DNA of 50,013 nt from Fervidicoccaceae archaeon (GTDB lineage: Archaea; Thermoproteota; Thermoprotei_A; Sulfolobales; Fervidicoccaceae), in contig JAVYOA010000002.1 of assembly GCA_038734945.1 (NCBI GenBank), positions 372,001 to 422,013 of the forward strand, written 5' to 3'. Position 1 is the stretch's first letter. The number at the start of each line of letters is the position of its first letter. Shown piece after piece: positions 37,810 to 47,970 of the stretch. The position numbers were made by a program, and so were the translations under genes. The notes beneath the pieces are model-generated. The model was not told the DNA's origin and did not search any database. It saw only the letters and a program-made list of their open reading frames with translations.

Positions 37810-39337
37810 AGGGGTCTCTTTCGTGGAGAACGGAACAGATGATAGAGAGAGGGAGGAAAAGGAGCAGGAAAGAGAGGTAATTGACTTCTATCAAGTTGGA
37901 AAAAACATATTTGTAATGATCTATAGAGAGGGCAGCAGGATATTCTACAGGCCCATTGAGCCTGAGCTCTCTGAGAAGGAGCTAGAGGCGCTCAGTGCTG
38001 TCAAAGATTACGTTATGAAAAGGCTATATTTCACGCATAGAGATTTGAGAGAGAGATGGACTAAGCTCCAGCAGGATGTAGAGGAAAAGGTCAAAGAAGC
38101 CAATGATGTCCTTCTTCTAAAGCTAGATTCCCCATCTCTCAGCAAGATCTCGTACTATGTGAAGAGAGATTACTTGGGATACGAGCGCATAGATGTTCTC
38201 ATGAACGATCCATTCATAGAAGACATTTCAAGCTCGGGACCTGGAATCCCCATCTATGTATATCACATAAAATACGGATGGCTGCCAACAACGGTCATTT
38301 TTCCTAGCGAAGAGAGCTATACAGCCTTTATCAGAAGACTAGCATATAGGGCAGGACAGGATCTGGTTTTTGCCACGCCAATAGTTGAGGGGCCGCTGCC
38401 TCCTAAGAACTATAGAGCTCACCTTGTCTTAGATGTTATATCCAGAAGCGGATCCTCGTTCACAATCAGGAGGGGGGCAGAGGTTCCACTGAGCATTGTG
38501 AGGCTTATCATACTCAGAACCCTTTCCCCAAGAATGGCAGCCTACATATGGCTGCTAATTTCCCATATGAGAACAATACTGATAGCTGGTCCAATGGCAA
38601 GCGGAAAGACAACCCTTCTCAATGCAATAATAATGTTCATCCCTCCAGCAAAGAAGATTGTGTCAATTGAGGAAACAAATGAGCTGCGATTGGATAGAGA
38701 GAATTGGGTCCCCTTAATTGTTAGGCCATCAACTTCCCCAGGAATATCAAACATAACACTCTATGAGCTTTTGAAGTCCAGTCTCAGACAGAGGCCGGAC
38801 TATATAGTAGTTGGTGAGGTAAGAGGGGAAGAGGCCTATACGTTTTTCCAGGCAATTTCTCTTGGACATGGCGGTCTTGGAACAATACATGCTGAATCAT
38901 TTCAACAAATAATAAGGAGACTTGAAAGTCAACCCTTGAACATTCCAAGAAGCATGATTCCGCTGGTGAACACAATGATATTCATGAAAAGCATATACAA
39001 AGAGGGTGGAATTGTGCGAAAAGTCTCCGACGTTATTGATATAGTTTCCTATGATCCCTCAACTGACAGCATAAATGCTTCATCCTCATTTCACTATGAT
39101 CTGGAGAGAGATGAATGGATTGAAGCTGAGATACTGCCAGGGTTAAACAAAATCTCTGAGCTAACTGGTCTCAGCGTGAGCGAGTTGAAAAATGAGCTGG
39201 CAAGAAGAGAGAGATTCCTCTCGACCCTTGCAGCAAAGGGCATTGATCTTCCAGACGAAGTCTCAAGAGCCATAGAAGAATACTCACTGAATCCTGAGAG
39301 GGCTATTGAGATGTTCGAGGGAGTCAAGGAGGAGTGA
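37802..39337 (+). CDS. Type IV pilus/type II secretion ATPase (VirB11/TadA-like)
   Basis: GPMASGKTT, SIEETNE, LRQRPDYIVVGEVRG and GHG..TIHA motifs. Confidence 0.92.
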   Translation: MNKGVSFVENGTDDREREEKEQEREVIDFYQVGKNIFVMIYREGSRIFYRPIEPELSEKELEALSAVKDYVMKRLYFTHRDLRERWTKLQQDVEEKVKEANDVLLLKLDSPSLSKISYYVKRDYLGYERIDVLMNDPFIEDISSSGPGIPIYVYHIKYGWLPTTVIFPSEESYTAFIRRLAYRAGQDLVFATPIVEGPLPPKNYRAHLVLDVISRSGSSFTIRRGAEVPLSIVRLIILRTLSPRMAAYIWLLISHMRTILIAGPMASGKTTLLNAIIMFIPPAKKIVSIEETNELRLDRENWVPLIVRPSTSPGISNITLYELLKSSLRQRPDYIVVGEVRGEEAYTFFQAISLGHGGLGTIHAESFQQIIRRLESQPLNIPRSMIPLVNTMIFMKSIYKEGGIVRKVSDVIDIVSYDPSTDSINASSSFHYDLERDEWIEAEILPGLNKISELTGLSVSELKNELARRERFLSTLAAKGIDLPDEVSRAIEEYSLNPERAIEMFEGVKEE

Positions 39338-39343
39338 GGGTGC

Positions 39344-40240
39344 TTGGAGAGAGAGCTCCTTGAGAGGGCTGCTCTATATGCTCACAGAATGATTGGTTCC
39401 TTCCCTCTTACTCGGGACATATTTTCTAGATTGCCATGGCTCAATCGCTATCTTGAGCTCATTGATTTTCCCCTTCCTATGGAATACTATGTATCTCTCT
39501 CATTGCTGATTTCTGGGATCACTTTCCTTGGAATTTTCATATTTTCCTTTCTTTTCTACTTCATCCATCTCGGTGTACCAGCATATTTCTCATTTCTGCT
39601 CTCTTTTCTACTCTCATTGGCGGTAGGCTCAGCTGCCTTCGGCATATCGATCTTCGCTCCTGTGCTAAAAGCAAGAGAAATGAGATCAAAGATTGAGGAG
39701 GGGGCACTCTTCGCTATTATAACTCTCTCTGCAGCTGCTCTCAGCAACCCAAACCTCTTCGAGTCCCTTATAGCATCGGAGAAATTGATCTCATCAAAAG
39801 AGATCCGCGCTTCTTTCAGAAGGATAATAAGGAGAGTTAATTCCGGAATGGATCTCAGGGATTCCCTATCCAGAGAGAGCGAGCTCATTCCATCTAGGAC
39901 AATGGCGATCCTATATGAGGGGCTTTCCAGCATTTCTTTAACAGGTGTGGGTCTAGCAGAATATCTTCAGGGCTTTCTGGAGGATCTTCTCTCGACAATG
40001 GAGGGCAAGGTGAGAAATGTCATAGATAGGCTAGGCGTTCTCATTGAGAGCTACATAATAATAGCGCTCATATTTCCCTTTCTTTTGATCATAATGCTGA
40101 TGATGAGTGGTTCCTTCAGCGGAAGCCAGCTCAATATATATCAAACAGTTCTTCTTTTTGACTTTGGAGTCCTCCCAGCAATATTTGCTATTCTTATTCT
40201 TCTAGCTGACATGATATTGAGGGAGGTGGCTATGGATTGA
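39344..40240 (+). CDS. TadC/T2SS-F-like membrane platform protein
   Basis: TM segments plus RRVNSGMDL; follows the ATPase. Confidence 0.8.
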   Translation: MERELLERAALYAHRMIGSFPLTRDIFSRLPWLNRYLELIDFPLPMEYYVSLSLLISGITFLGIFIFSFLFYFIHLGVPAYFSFLLSFLLSLAVGSAAFGISIFAPVLKAREMRSKIEEGALFAIITLSAAALSNPNLFESLIASEKLISSKEIRASFRRIIRRVNSGMDLRDSLSRESELIPSRTMAILYEGLSSISLTGVGLAEYLQGFLEDLLSTMEGKVRNVIDRLGVLIESYIIIALIFPFLLIIMLMMSGSFSGSQLNIYQTVLLFDFGVLPAIFAILILLADMILREVAMD

Positions 40241-41133
40241 GGATAACGATGAATAGAAATAAAGAAAGAAGTGCGTTTGAGATCGGCCTATTCAACATAG
40301 CTATGGCTCTCGCCCTTTCAGCATTGACCTTCATTCTTTCTTGGCAGTTGTTTGAGCGCTTCCTTTCCTCTCTCTTCAGTGCAAATCCTTTTGCTAGGGA
40401 AAGAACATACATTGTTCTTACCTCCCTTAACCTGGCTTTCATAATCGGATCGATCCCCCTAGCATTCAGAGTCAGGAAAATAGTTAGGGAAGAAGGAAAT
40501 TCTATGAGGGGAATTGTTCTATTTCTCGATATGGTATCTGTAGGAACGAAAACAGGCTCAAATGTTCTCGATTCAATGAGGAGAGCCGTTAGGTTCGTCC
40601 CATCAGAAGGGCTTAAAAATAAGTTGAAAAATGCTATATCGGAGGTAGAGATGGGTGGTTCTTTTGAGAATGCCGTAAAGAGATCATCCTCAGGACTGCC
40701 GAAGCTTGTCTCTGAATCAATAAAGGCCCTTATTCCTTCCTCACAGGCTGGGCCCAGAGCTGGCGATGTCCTCCTTTTAGCAAGAGACTTCGTTAGAAAG
40801 CTCATGCTCTTTGCTGATGTTAGAAGGACTTCACTTGCCCTCTATTTTTACATTTCCCTTCTATCCCTCGCAATATTTGAGGGTGGAGGTGTCTTTCTAA
40901 TTTATCTCATATCCTCCATAGCTAGCAGCAGTCTGCCGAGTGCTTCTTTCCTCAATCTCAACATAATACAGACATGGACGTTTCTCTTCCTAACTGGTCT
41001 TGAGCTATCAATCTTCTCCAGCCTATTCGTAGCAAAAGTTGTTCGAGGGAAAATTAAGCTAAGCGCAGACTATGCTGAGTTCTTCCTCCTCGTCAATTAT
41101 ATTACAATGGGGCTCATCCCCCTCTTCCTCTGA
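40237..41133 (+). CDS. Second TadC/T2SS-F-like membrane protein
   Basis: TM segments plus EVEMGGSFENA. Confidence 0.8.
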   Translation: MRITMNRNKERSAFEIGLFNIAMALALSALTFILSWQLFERFLSSLFSANPFARERTYIVLTSLNLAFIIGSIPLAFRVRKIVREEGNSMRGIVLFLDMVSVGTKTGSNVLDSMRRAVRFVPSEGLKNKLKNAISEVEMGGSFENAVKRSSSGLPKLVSESIKALIPSSQAGPRAGDVLLLARDFVRKLMLFADVRRTSLALYFYISLLSLAIFEGGGVFLIYLISSIASSSLPSASFLNLNIIQTWTFLFLTGLELSIFSSLFVAKVVRGKIKLSADYAEFFLLVNYITMGLIPLFL

Positions 41134-41170
41134 AAAATTTGAGATCTGATCAAATGTTCTTGCTGCTCGC

Positions 41171-42886
41171 TTATTTGATAAGCCCCAGAGATCTCCACGC
41201 ATTTATCAATATACTCATGTCTGCAGGATCAACAGCTGTTCCAAGCTCTCCCATAGCTATGCGTCTAGCCCCCTCAATCCCAACATCTCTCCACTTTAGC
41301 ATAGATGATAGTAGGACGTTGATCGTTCTTAACCAGGGCTTGCTCTCCAGAAGCTCGACTATCTTTTCATAGTCCTCCGAGGATAGCTTACGCCTCATGA
41401 GCCTGTTATTTGGATAGCCAGTCATTGTGACCTTGAGTAGGGGCTCTGGAATAGTTAAATTCGAGGCCTTTCCATAGCATCCCTCCATGGATAAGCCGAG
41501 CTCCTCTGCCTTTATGCAGTACAAGGATCTCACGTACGGAGCTGCCTCAGCACTAGCTTTGAGCAAGTCGAGGCCACTTACTAGACTAAAATAGCTTGAG
41601 AGGGATCCATCTTCGCCATTGGAGATTGCAGATTTAAGAGCAGCAACTCCTATGAATATGGACGATCTGGGATCGAATTTCTCCATAGTATCCTCGCTGG
41701 AATGATAGAATCTATCGGGCCAGCTGTTTATCATAACTGCAGGTATACCCATGGATATGTAAATGTCATGGTCGCTTCCAGCTTCATAATTGGTTATCCA
41801 GAATTTCCTCAATGGGATTTCGCTCGGAGAGCTGAAGCTCCTGCTTTTTGGAAGAGAGCGGAATAGCTCTTTGAGAAGCACCGGCTCCATGGAGGAGAGC
41901 AAGTGAATGGGAGGCCGAATGAAGTTGAGAGAGGAACCACTCAGTTCCTCAATTTCACCTATCATGTCAAGGTTGATTGCTCCCATTATTTTCCTCCTTC
42001 CTATGGCTGTGCGCAAATATGCAATCGTGCCACTGAACTCTGGGACCCACAGAAAGACCAGCCTCCTGTTCAAAATCTTCTCCTCAAGATTGGCCCTCTT
42101 CATTGAAAGGGCCGCCGCTATTAACCCAGCTACCCCGCTTATATTATCGTTCACAGTGAGACCTGGATGGCACATGTGAGCAGTAAGATGATATTCATAG
42201 CCGTCCTCACCGAAGGCCGTTTCTACAACTGGTATAGATGCTACTTCTCCATATTTGGAATTAACAAAGCCTTCTACTTCAACTTTTCTCCCTCTTTCAA
42301 TCCAACCTTCAATTTTCTCGGCCATTAGCCTCGATATCGTTAGAGCTGGAATCTTCATTAGATTAAGATCTTCGTGACTTGGGAAGAGAGAGAAGTAGGG
42401 AAAAGCTGTTGGAGAGCCAGTTCTTCTGTAGAAAATTATTGCTTGCGCTCCTCCATTGACCGCTGCCAAATATGATTCAAAGCTGAAGTCTCGAGCCAGA
42501 AGAATCCTGTTTTCAAAGCCTTGCTTCTCTTTCCTTCCTCGCTCTAGAATTGCAATCTCTCCAGAGAATGATCCTGGAGGGGAGTGAGCAACCACAGAGG
42601 TAGGAATGGATAGAAATGTAGAAATCTCCATCCTAGTTGGGCTCAAAATCCTCAGAGCTGAATCCTCTATCTTCCATGCTACTAGATCAGAATCGTATGG
42701 GAAGAGAGAGCTATCGTGTTGAAAAATGTGTATTTCTGAGTCTATCCCGTTATCGCTAAGGAAATCTGATATTGCTCTTCCGACTTCTAGTATTCCAGGA
42801 CTTCCCTGTATTCTATGAATTGAAGAAAGATAGCTCGCTATTGATGCAATTTCTCCAGGCCCAACAAGTTCTCTCAGCTGCTCCAA
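41171..42886 (-). CDS. M28-like peptidase (DUF4910 family)
   Basis: HRIQGS, AHMCHP..NDNISG, PEFSGT, NLDMIG, GSDH and YHSSED motifs. Confidence 0.82.
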   Translation of the reverse strand: MEQLRELVGPGEIASIASYLSSIHRIQGSPGILEVGRAISDFLSDNGIDSEIHIFQHDSSLFPYDSDLVAWKIEDSALRILSPTRMEISTFLSIPTSVVAHSPPGSFSGEIAILERGRKEKQGFENRILLARDFSFESYLAAVNGGAQAIIFYRRTGSPTAFPYFSLFPSHEDLNLMKIPALTISRLMAEKIEGWIERGRKVEVEGFVNSKYGEVASIPVVETAFGEDGYEYHLTAHMCHPGLTVNDNISGVAGLIAAALSMKRANLEEKILNRRLVFLWVPEFSGTIAYLRTAIGRRKIMGAINLDMIGEIEELSGSSLNFIRPPIHLLSSMEPVLLKELFRSLPKSRSFSSPSEIPLRKFWITNYEAGSDHDIYISMGIPAVMINSWPDRFYHSSEDTMEKFDPRSSIFIGVAALKSAISNGEDGSLSSYFSLVSGLDLLKASAEAAPYVRSLYCIKAEELGLSMEGCYGKASNLTIPEPLLKVTMTGYPNNRLMRRKLSSEDYEKIVELLESKPWLRTINVLLSSMLKWRDVGIEGARRIAMGELGTAVDPADMSILINAWRSLGLIK

Positions 42887-42944
42887 GATCCAGCACCATG
42901 ATTCTTAAGTATACAGGGGGTTGTATATTAATGTAGGTGAAAAT

Positions 42945-43310
42945 ATGGAGAAAGAGAAGAGATCACATAGAGAGAGCTTCGTTGTCGGAAAGGAGCACTT
43001 AGCGTCGAGAATTGGGTCTGGTGATGTTGAAGTTCTCTCCACCCCAAGCTTAATAGCCTTCATGGAAAAGGTAAGCAAAGATCTTGCAGGGAAGCTCGTA
43101 GAAGAGGGGAAAACAACTGTTGGAGTTCATCTGGACATATATCACGTAGCTCCAGCATATGAGGGTGATGCTGTTGAAGTTGAATCCAGGATTGTGAACA
43201 CAGCTGGTAATAGAATTGTTTTCTATGTGCAGGCAGAGTGCAGAGGGAAAATTATTGGATATGGAGTTCACGAGAGAGCTGTAGTAGATTCAAGAAAATT
43301 CTCTAAATAA
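42945..43310 (+). CDS. FlK-type hotdog thioesterase
   Basis: GSGDVEVLSTP..ME, TVG..H and GVHERAVV motifs. Confidence 0.85.
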   Translation: MEKEKRSHRESFVVGKEHLASRIGSGDVEVLSTPSLIAFMEKVSKDLAGKLVEEGKTTVGVHLDIYHVAPAYEGDAVEVESRIVNTAGNRIVFYVQAECRGKIIGYGVHERAVVDSRKFSK

Positions 43311-45471
43311 TTCTCAGAAGCATGTAGGCAGTATAGCTTATAGCTATAGCTACCAGAATGGAATAACTCATTTGCAGTAACACGCCCTTTAGACTCCTCG
43401 TCTCACTGTACATAGTTGCAACAGTAGCAAGGCAGGGGGTGTAGAGCGTTGCTGCTATCAAGATGGAAAAAGCCTGCAATGGTTCATATCCCATGGAAGC
43501 GACTGCATCGTTCAAGCTCTGGGCGCTAGGATTGAATAGGGTGATTGCTTCAATGAAGCTTTCCTTGGCAATGAAGCCATTCAGGAACATAAATGCAGTT
43601 TTCCAGGCGGAGTCCTCACTCAAGCCATATAGCTTTCCTATGGGAGACAGGGCTTGGGAGATTGTGTAGGAAATGCTCTCATCAACTGTGCTTGCTTGAG
43701 TAAGCGATGGAGTGAAGTTCAGGCTCACCCATATCAGGACTGAAAGAGCCAGTATTATGGTTCCTGCTTTTTTCAGAAAATGCTTTGAATTGTCCCAAAC
43801 ATGCCACCAGATGACCCTCCATATAGGTCTATGGAGCGGGGGGATCTCTATGATCAGCCCTTGCCCTTCTTCTCTTCCTTTAGCAAGAAGTCCCGTCAGA
43901 ATTCTGGCAGTGAGCATTGCCACCAATATTGATATTATGTATACTGATGTAACAGCAGCCGCTCCAAGAATGGGAGAGCTGAACAAAGCTGCTGTAAATG
44001 CTATGATGATGACAAGTCTTGCCTGGCATGGAATGAAGGGTATCGAATATATCAACGCCTTCCTCTCAATGCTATCTTCGATCCCTCTCGTTGAAAGCAC
44101 TGCTGGAATATTGCAGCCAAGTCCAAGAAGGAGGGGAAAAGCGCTTCTCCCTGTCAGACCAAATTTGTTCAGCAGCGAATCAAATGCTATAGCCATTCTA
44201 ACTCCCAATCCTGAATCTTCCAGCGCTCCTAGGAATGCTATGGATATCATTATGAGAGGGAGGAAGCTCAGAACAGAGCCTACCCCAGGAATTATTCCCT
44301 GCGAAACGAGAGAGACGATGACTTCAGGGAAATGTCCACTCATCAATTTCTGGGATATGGATGCTAAATAACTGAATGTCAAGGAGAGAATGCCACTTAT
44401 GCTGTAGCTCTCCAGCGCTTCCCCCCATTCGGGCCTTCCAAGGCTTCTGAGAAATACATTCAGGGGAAAGCCTGTATTTATTGTGAATGCAACAAAGAAA
44501 ACTCCAAAGTATATCAGGGCAGAGAAAATTAGCGAGAGAAATGGACTTTGCATTACTTTCTCTAATGTTGAGCTTTCCTTTCTTGAAACCTCTGTTGTCC
44601 TGACATATTTCTGTATGAGCTTTTCTACAACATCATACCTGTAGTTGATCAATGCATCTCTTGGAGACCGATTGTATTTTTCTATGTAGTCTTTCACTTC
44701 TTTCTCAACAACTATTCTCATATCCTCTCCATATTTCTCAAAAATATAGCTAGAAACAAGGTTTTCCTGCTCGATCAGTTTTATGGCTGTCCATCTATTC
44801 CCCCAGTTCGTTTCAACCTTTCTGCGTTCAAGCTCCTCCTCTATTTTTCTTATTGAATCTTCCAGAGTAGGATAGTGAATCTCGAGTCCTTTATCCGCTT
44901 GTTCTCTTCTAGCAATCCTGATTGATTCCTCCAGCAGCCTATTTATGCCAAGACCAGTTATTGAGGAAATTGGTATAACTTGAACTCCCAGCGCCTGAGA
45001 TAAGCCATCTATTCTCACGTGAACTCCATGCGAGTGAGCCTCATCGAACTTGGTTAAAGCTATGACTGCCTTAGTGGTAAGTTCAAGAACTTGAATAGCA
45101 AAGTAGAGCGACTTAGTCATGCTTAGGCTGTCAACAAAAATTATTACTGCATCGTACTTTCCAAAGAGCAGTTCCCTCAGAGTTATTTCCTCTTCTAGGG
45201 AAATTGAGAAGAGATTGTAAATTCCAGGAAGATCTGTGAGGCACATTTTTGTCCCTTCATATTCGATTACTGCCTCCTTCTTTTCAACTGTGGTTCCTGG
45301 CCAATTTGCTACAGATACTGTCTTTCCAGTAACTGTGTTGAAAAATGTGCTCTTCCCAACGTTGGGGCTTCCAGCGACAAGAAGTCTTATAGCGCACTTC
45401 TCCTTCTCTTCTTTACCCATTTTATCACACATATCTTTGTCTTTATTGCCAAAACTCACTACAGGCGCCAC
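43303..45471 (-). CDS. feoB: Ferrous iron transporter FeoB
   Basis: GSPNVGKS, NWPGTTVE, DLPG, GCNIPA, PCQAR and YTPC motifs. Confidence 0.95.
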   Translation of the reverse strand: MAPVVSFGNKDKDMCDKMGKEEKEKCAIRLLVAGSPNVGKSTFFNTVTGKTVSVANWPGTTVEKKEAVIEYEGTKMCLTDLPGIYNLFSISLEEEITLRELLFGKYDAVIIFVDSLSMTKSLYFAIQVLELTTKAVIALTKFDEAHSHGVHVRIDGLSQALGVQVIPISSITGLGINRLLEESIRIARREQADKGLEIHYPTLEDSIRKIEEELERRKVETNWGNRWTAIKLIEQENLVSSYIFEKYGEDMRIVVEKEVKDYIEKYNRSPRDALINYRYDVVEKLIQKYVRTTEVSRKESSTLEKVMQSPFLSLIFSALIYFGVFFVAFTINTGFPLNVFLRSLGRPEWGEALESYSISGILSLTFSYLASISQKLMSGHFPEVIVSLVSQGIIPGVGSVLSFLPLIMISIAFLGALEDSGLGVRMAIAFDSLLNKFGLTGRSAFPLLLGLGCNIPAVLSTRGIEDSIERKALIYSIPFIPCQARLVIIIAFTAALFSSPILGAAAVTSVYIISILVAMLTARILTGLLAKGREEGQGLIIEIPPLHRPIWRVIWWHVWDNSKHFLKKAGTIILALSVLIWVSLNFTPSLTQASTVDESISYTISQALSPIGKLYGLSEDSAWKTAFMFLNGFIAKESFIEAITLFNPSAQSLNDAVASMGYEPLQAFSILIAATLYTPCLATVATMYSETRSLKGVLLQMSYSILVAIAISYTAYMLLRII

Positions 45472-45594
45472 CCTATTATCTGAGCTTTCTGCTTATTTAA
45501 TTGAAGCTATTCGACTCTTTCTTTTTTTTAAATTAAAAAAGATTTATTCAAATGAATTTTGTATATACTTGAACAAGCTGACCTCCTCCCCGCC

Positions 45595-46905
45595 CTAAAG
45601 TGCGAGGGTTTCGGGGAGGTTTGGAGCTACATTCCCGGCTCTCGTCAGGTTCAGATCCACGCCTGGTCTCGGGCTCGTTACCCCTACCCCGTGTAGAGCG
45701 GGGCTCGGGGGTATGGTTTTTGCTTTGAGCAGAACATTGTATGCTCCGACTAGGTCCGCGTTGAATACTTTGCTGTGTTTATAGCACTTGAATAATCCTC
45801 TGTATACTCTCTTATGGTCCTGGTTTTTCGCTTTGCATAGTGGACAGGTGGTGGATGTGCTCTCTTCGCTGACAAGCTCTACTCTGATACCGTACTCTTC
45901 TCCAACTTCGGCAATTCTCATTAGCAGATACCCATATGTCCATGTGTGAACCACCTCGAAGTTGATCTTGGAGCTTTTACTGCTGTTCTGAGCAATGTAC
46001 TTTGGATAGCCAACTATCACTCTTGATACTCCTCTCCAGTACAACCACTCCACAGTGTTCCTCACAGCCCAGTTGATGTAGTTCTTCACCTGCCTCCTCC
46101 ACTTTTTGTACATTCTCCTAAGCCTCCTGGAGGTTCTCAACCCGTACCTGTTCAAAGTGGACTGGTAATCCGCTATCTTCTTCCTCCAGTAGAAGCTAGT
46201 GCTCTTCAAAGGTCTACCCGAAACGAGTAGAGCAGAACCATCCTCTACATATACTGCTAGCAGGTTGTTTATACCAATATCTACTCCAGCAACTTTATCT
46301 CTCAAGGGGTTCATTGGTACCTCAACCCATTTTTCCTTAACCAGCTTCTCAGAGACCTCGAACACTACATGTATGTACCACTTCCTTTCATCACTGTCGT
46401 AGCGTATCTCAGCCCTTCCCTGCTTACCTCTAACGTTTACTCTACCGATGTACCTCACTCTGATGCTCCCGATCGCACCCAATCCCTTGAATACAATGTA
46501 TTCTCCATCGAACCTGTACTGATCGTTCCTGAGAACACACCACAGCTCCCTCGACCCGCCTCTCTTCCTATACCCCGGTGGATTCACTTTCTTTACGAAC
46601 GGTGGTAGCTTACATTCTTTCTTCGCTTTCAGTAGTGAGAAGAAGCTTCTCCAAGCTTCATCGTTCTTGTTCAGGACCTGCTGAGCTGTAGCTGAACCTA
46701 TCAAAGCTTTGTAATTCTCGTAGAACTCTCTATACGTTGTTCTCAAGTCTACTCTCTTCTCCTCGAAGAACATTCTCCTCCTAGCGTAGTTGACTTCGTT
46801 CCATAGCTTAGCTGACAACGAGCAAAGTAGCTTGAGCTTGTTCTCTGAATCTCTATCTGGTGCTATTCTCAGTACTGCTGTTCTCCTCATCTCTCTTTCT
46901 CCCAC
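45595..46905 (-). CDS. tnpB: TnpB RNA-guided nuclease
   Basis: LWNEVNY, GVDIGINN, EESTSTTCPLC and NADLVGAYN motifs. Confidence 0.95.
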   Translation of the reverse strand: MGEREMRRTAVLRIAPDRDSENKLKLLCSLSAKLWNEVNYARRRMFFEEKRVDLRTTYREFYENYKALIGSATAQQVLNKNDEAWRSFFSLLKAKKECKLPPFVKKVNPPGYRKRGGSRELWCVLRNDQYRFDGEYIVFKGLGAIGSIRVRYIGRVNVRGKQGRAEIRYDSDERKWYIHVVFEVSEKLVKEKWVEVPMNPLRDKVAGVDIGINNLLAVYVEDGSALLVSGRPLKSTSFYWRKKIADYQSTLNRYGLRTSRRLRRMYKKWRRQVKNYINWAVRNTVEWLYWRGVSRVIVGYPKYIAQNSSKSSKINFEVVHTWTYGYLLMRIAEVGEEYGIRVELVSEESTSTTCPLCKAKNQDHKRVYRGLFKCYKHSKVFNADLVGAYNVLLKAKTIPPSPALHGVGVTSPRPGVDLNLTRAGNVAPNLPETLAL

Positions 46906-47315
46906 TGCTCCTCCACATACCTCTTGACAGCATCTGCTGACACACTACCAACTGTTGCTACGAAGTAGCTTCTAGACCATAGCTTACCTCTAGTAGCACC
47001 AGCCTTCAGCTCCGGGAATTTTTGCAGTATCCTCCTAGCGCTCTTACCCTTGAGGTAGTTCACCACATAGGCTGGGGATAGCCGTGGAGGGCATGAGCAG
47101 AACACATGAACATGGTCCGGTAGCACCTCGATAGCTATAGACTCGCATCCGAGCTCAAGAAGTATCTGCCTCAGTACCTCTTTAGTGTATTCGGCAACTT
47201 CGCCTACGAGAACACCTCTACGGTACTTAGGAATCCACACAAAGTGGTAGCCACACCAGTACCTAGCATGCCTAGTGCTCCTAAACTCAAACCACGCCTG
47301 AGAGTAGCCCTCCAC
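46887..47315 (-). CDS. tnpA: Y1 HUH transposase TnpA
   Basis: YHFVWIPKYRR, DHVH, LKGKS, WSRSYF and YVEEQ motifs. Confidence 0.96.
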   Translation of the reverse strand: MEGYSQAWFEFRSTRHARYWCGYHFVWIPKYRRGVLVGEVAEYTKEVLRQILLELGCESIAIEVLPDHVHVFCSCPPRLSPAYVVNYLKGKSARRILQKFPELKAGATRGKLWSRSYFVATVGSVSADAVKRYVEEQWEKER

Positions 47316-47482
47316 GGCTATCCCAAGAACACATTAGAGAATACAGAGCTTATAAACCTTACCACACCATCCCCGCCCTAAGGGGCGAGGCTTTCGAGAT
47401 TGTAATTTCTCCCATTGTGCTATATTTGAAAAATGTTTTTTATATTGTGCTCCATAAGGTATTTTCTTGAAGTCTTGTTCGG

Positions 47483-47914
47483 ATGGTGAGGAAGGTGAGT
47501 AGCTCCTTTGCAATAAAGGTTCTAAAAATACCGGAAGGTTCCTCATTTCCAGAAGAGCTTGAAAGGGAGATAGAGAAGCTTGGATTGAAGGGAGGAATGG
47601 TAATGGGAATTGGAGGCTTCGAGAGCTTGGAACTTGGAATCCTGAATCCAACTACAAGAGAATACGCTGTAAACAAATACACAAGCACAGACAATGTGAA
47701 TTTGGAGGGCGTTTCAATAATTGGAAATTACTTTGTGAGGAGCGATGGAAAGATTGCAACGCATATACACGTGTCAATAGCAACAGGAAGGGAGAGCTCA
47801 GCAGGAGGACATCTAATAAGAGGAAGGGTGAAGCCATTTCTGGAGCTCTTCCTAATAGAAGTGGGAGAAGAGGTTAGAAGAGCTTTCGTTCATAGAGATG
47901 TACAGAAAAAATGA
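47483..47914 (+). CDS. PPC/DUF296 domain protein
   Basis: GIGG, HIHV and GGHL motifs. Confidence 0.85.
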   Translation: MVRKVSSSFAIKVLKIPEGSSFPEELEREIEKLGLKGGMVMGIGGFESLELGILNPTTREYAVNKYTSTDNVNLEGVSIIGNYFVRSDGKIATHIHVSIATGRESSAGGHLIRGRVKPFLELFLIEVGEEVRRAFVHRDVQKK

Positions 47915-47933
47915 TTTTTATTTTCCAATATTA

Positions 47934-47964
47934 CTTGCCATGAGAGCGAGGCTTTCAGTTGTAA
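47934..47964 (-). repeat. Degenerate copy of the IS605 left end
   Basis: GCGAGGCTTTCAGTTGTAA versus LE GCGAGGCTTTCGAGATTGTAA. Confidence 0.6.
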
Positions 47965-47970
47965 TTCCCA

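Larger units (their letters stand above)
45578..47401 (-). mobile_element. IS200/IS605-family element (tnpA+tnpB), apparently intact
   Basis: Related subterminal hairpins near 45588-45609 and 47371-47390; ends GGAGGTCAG; TTAC target 5' of the left end. Confidence 0.9.
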
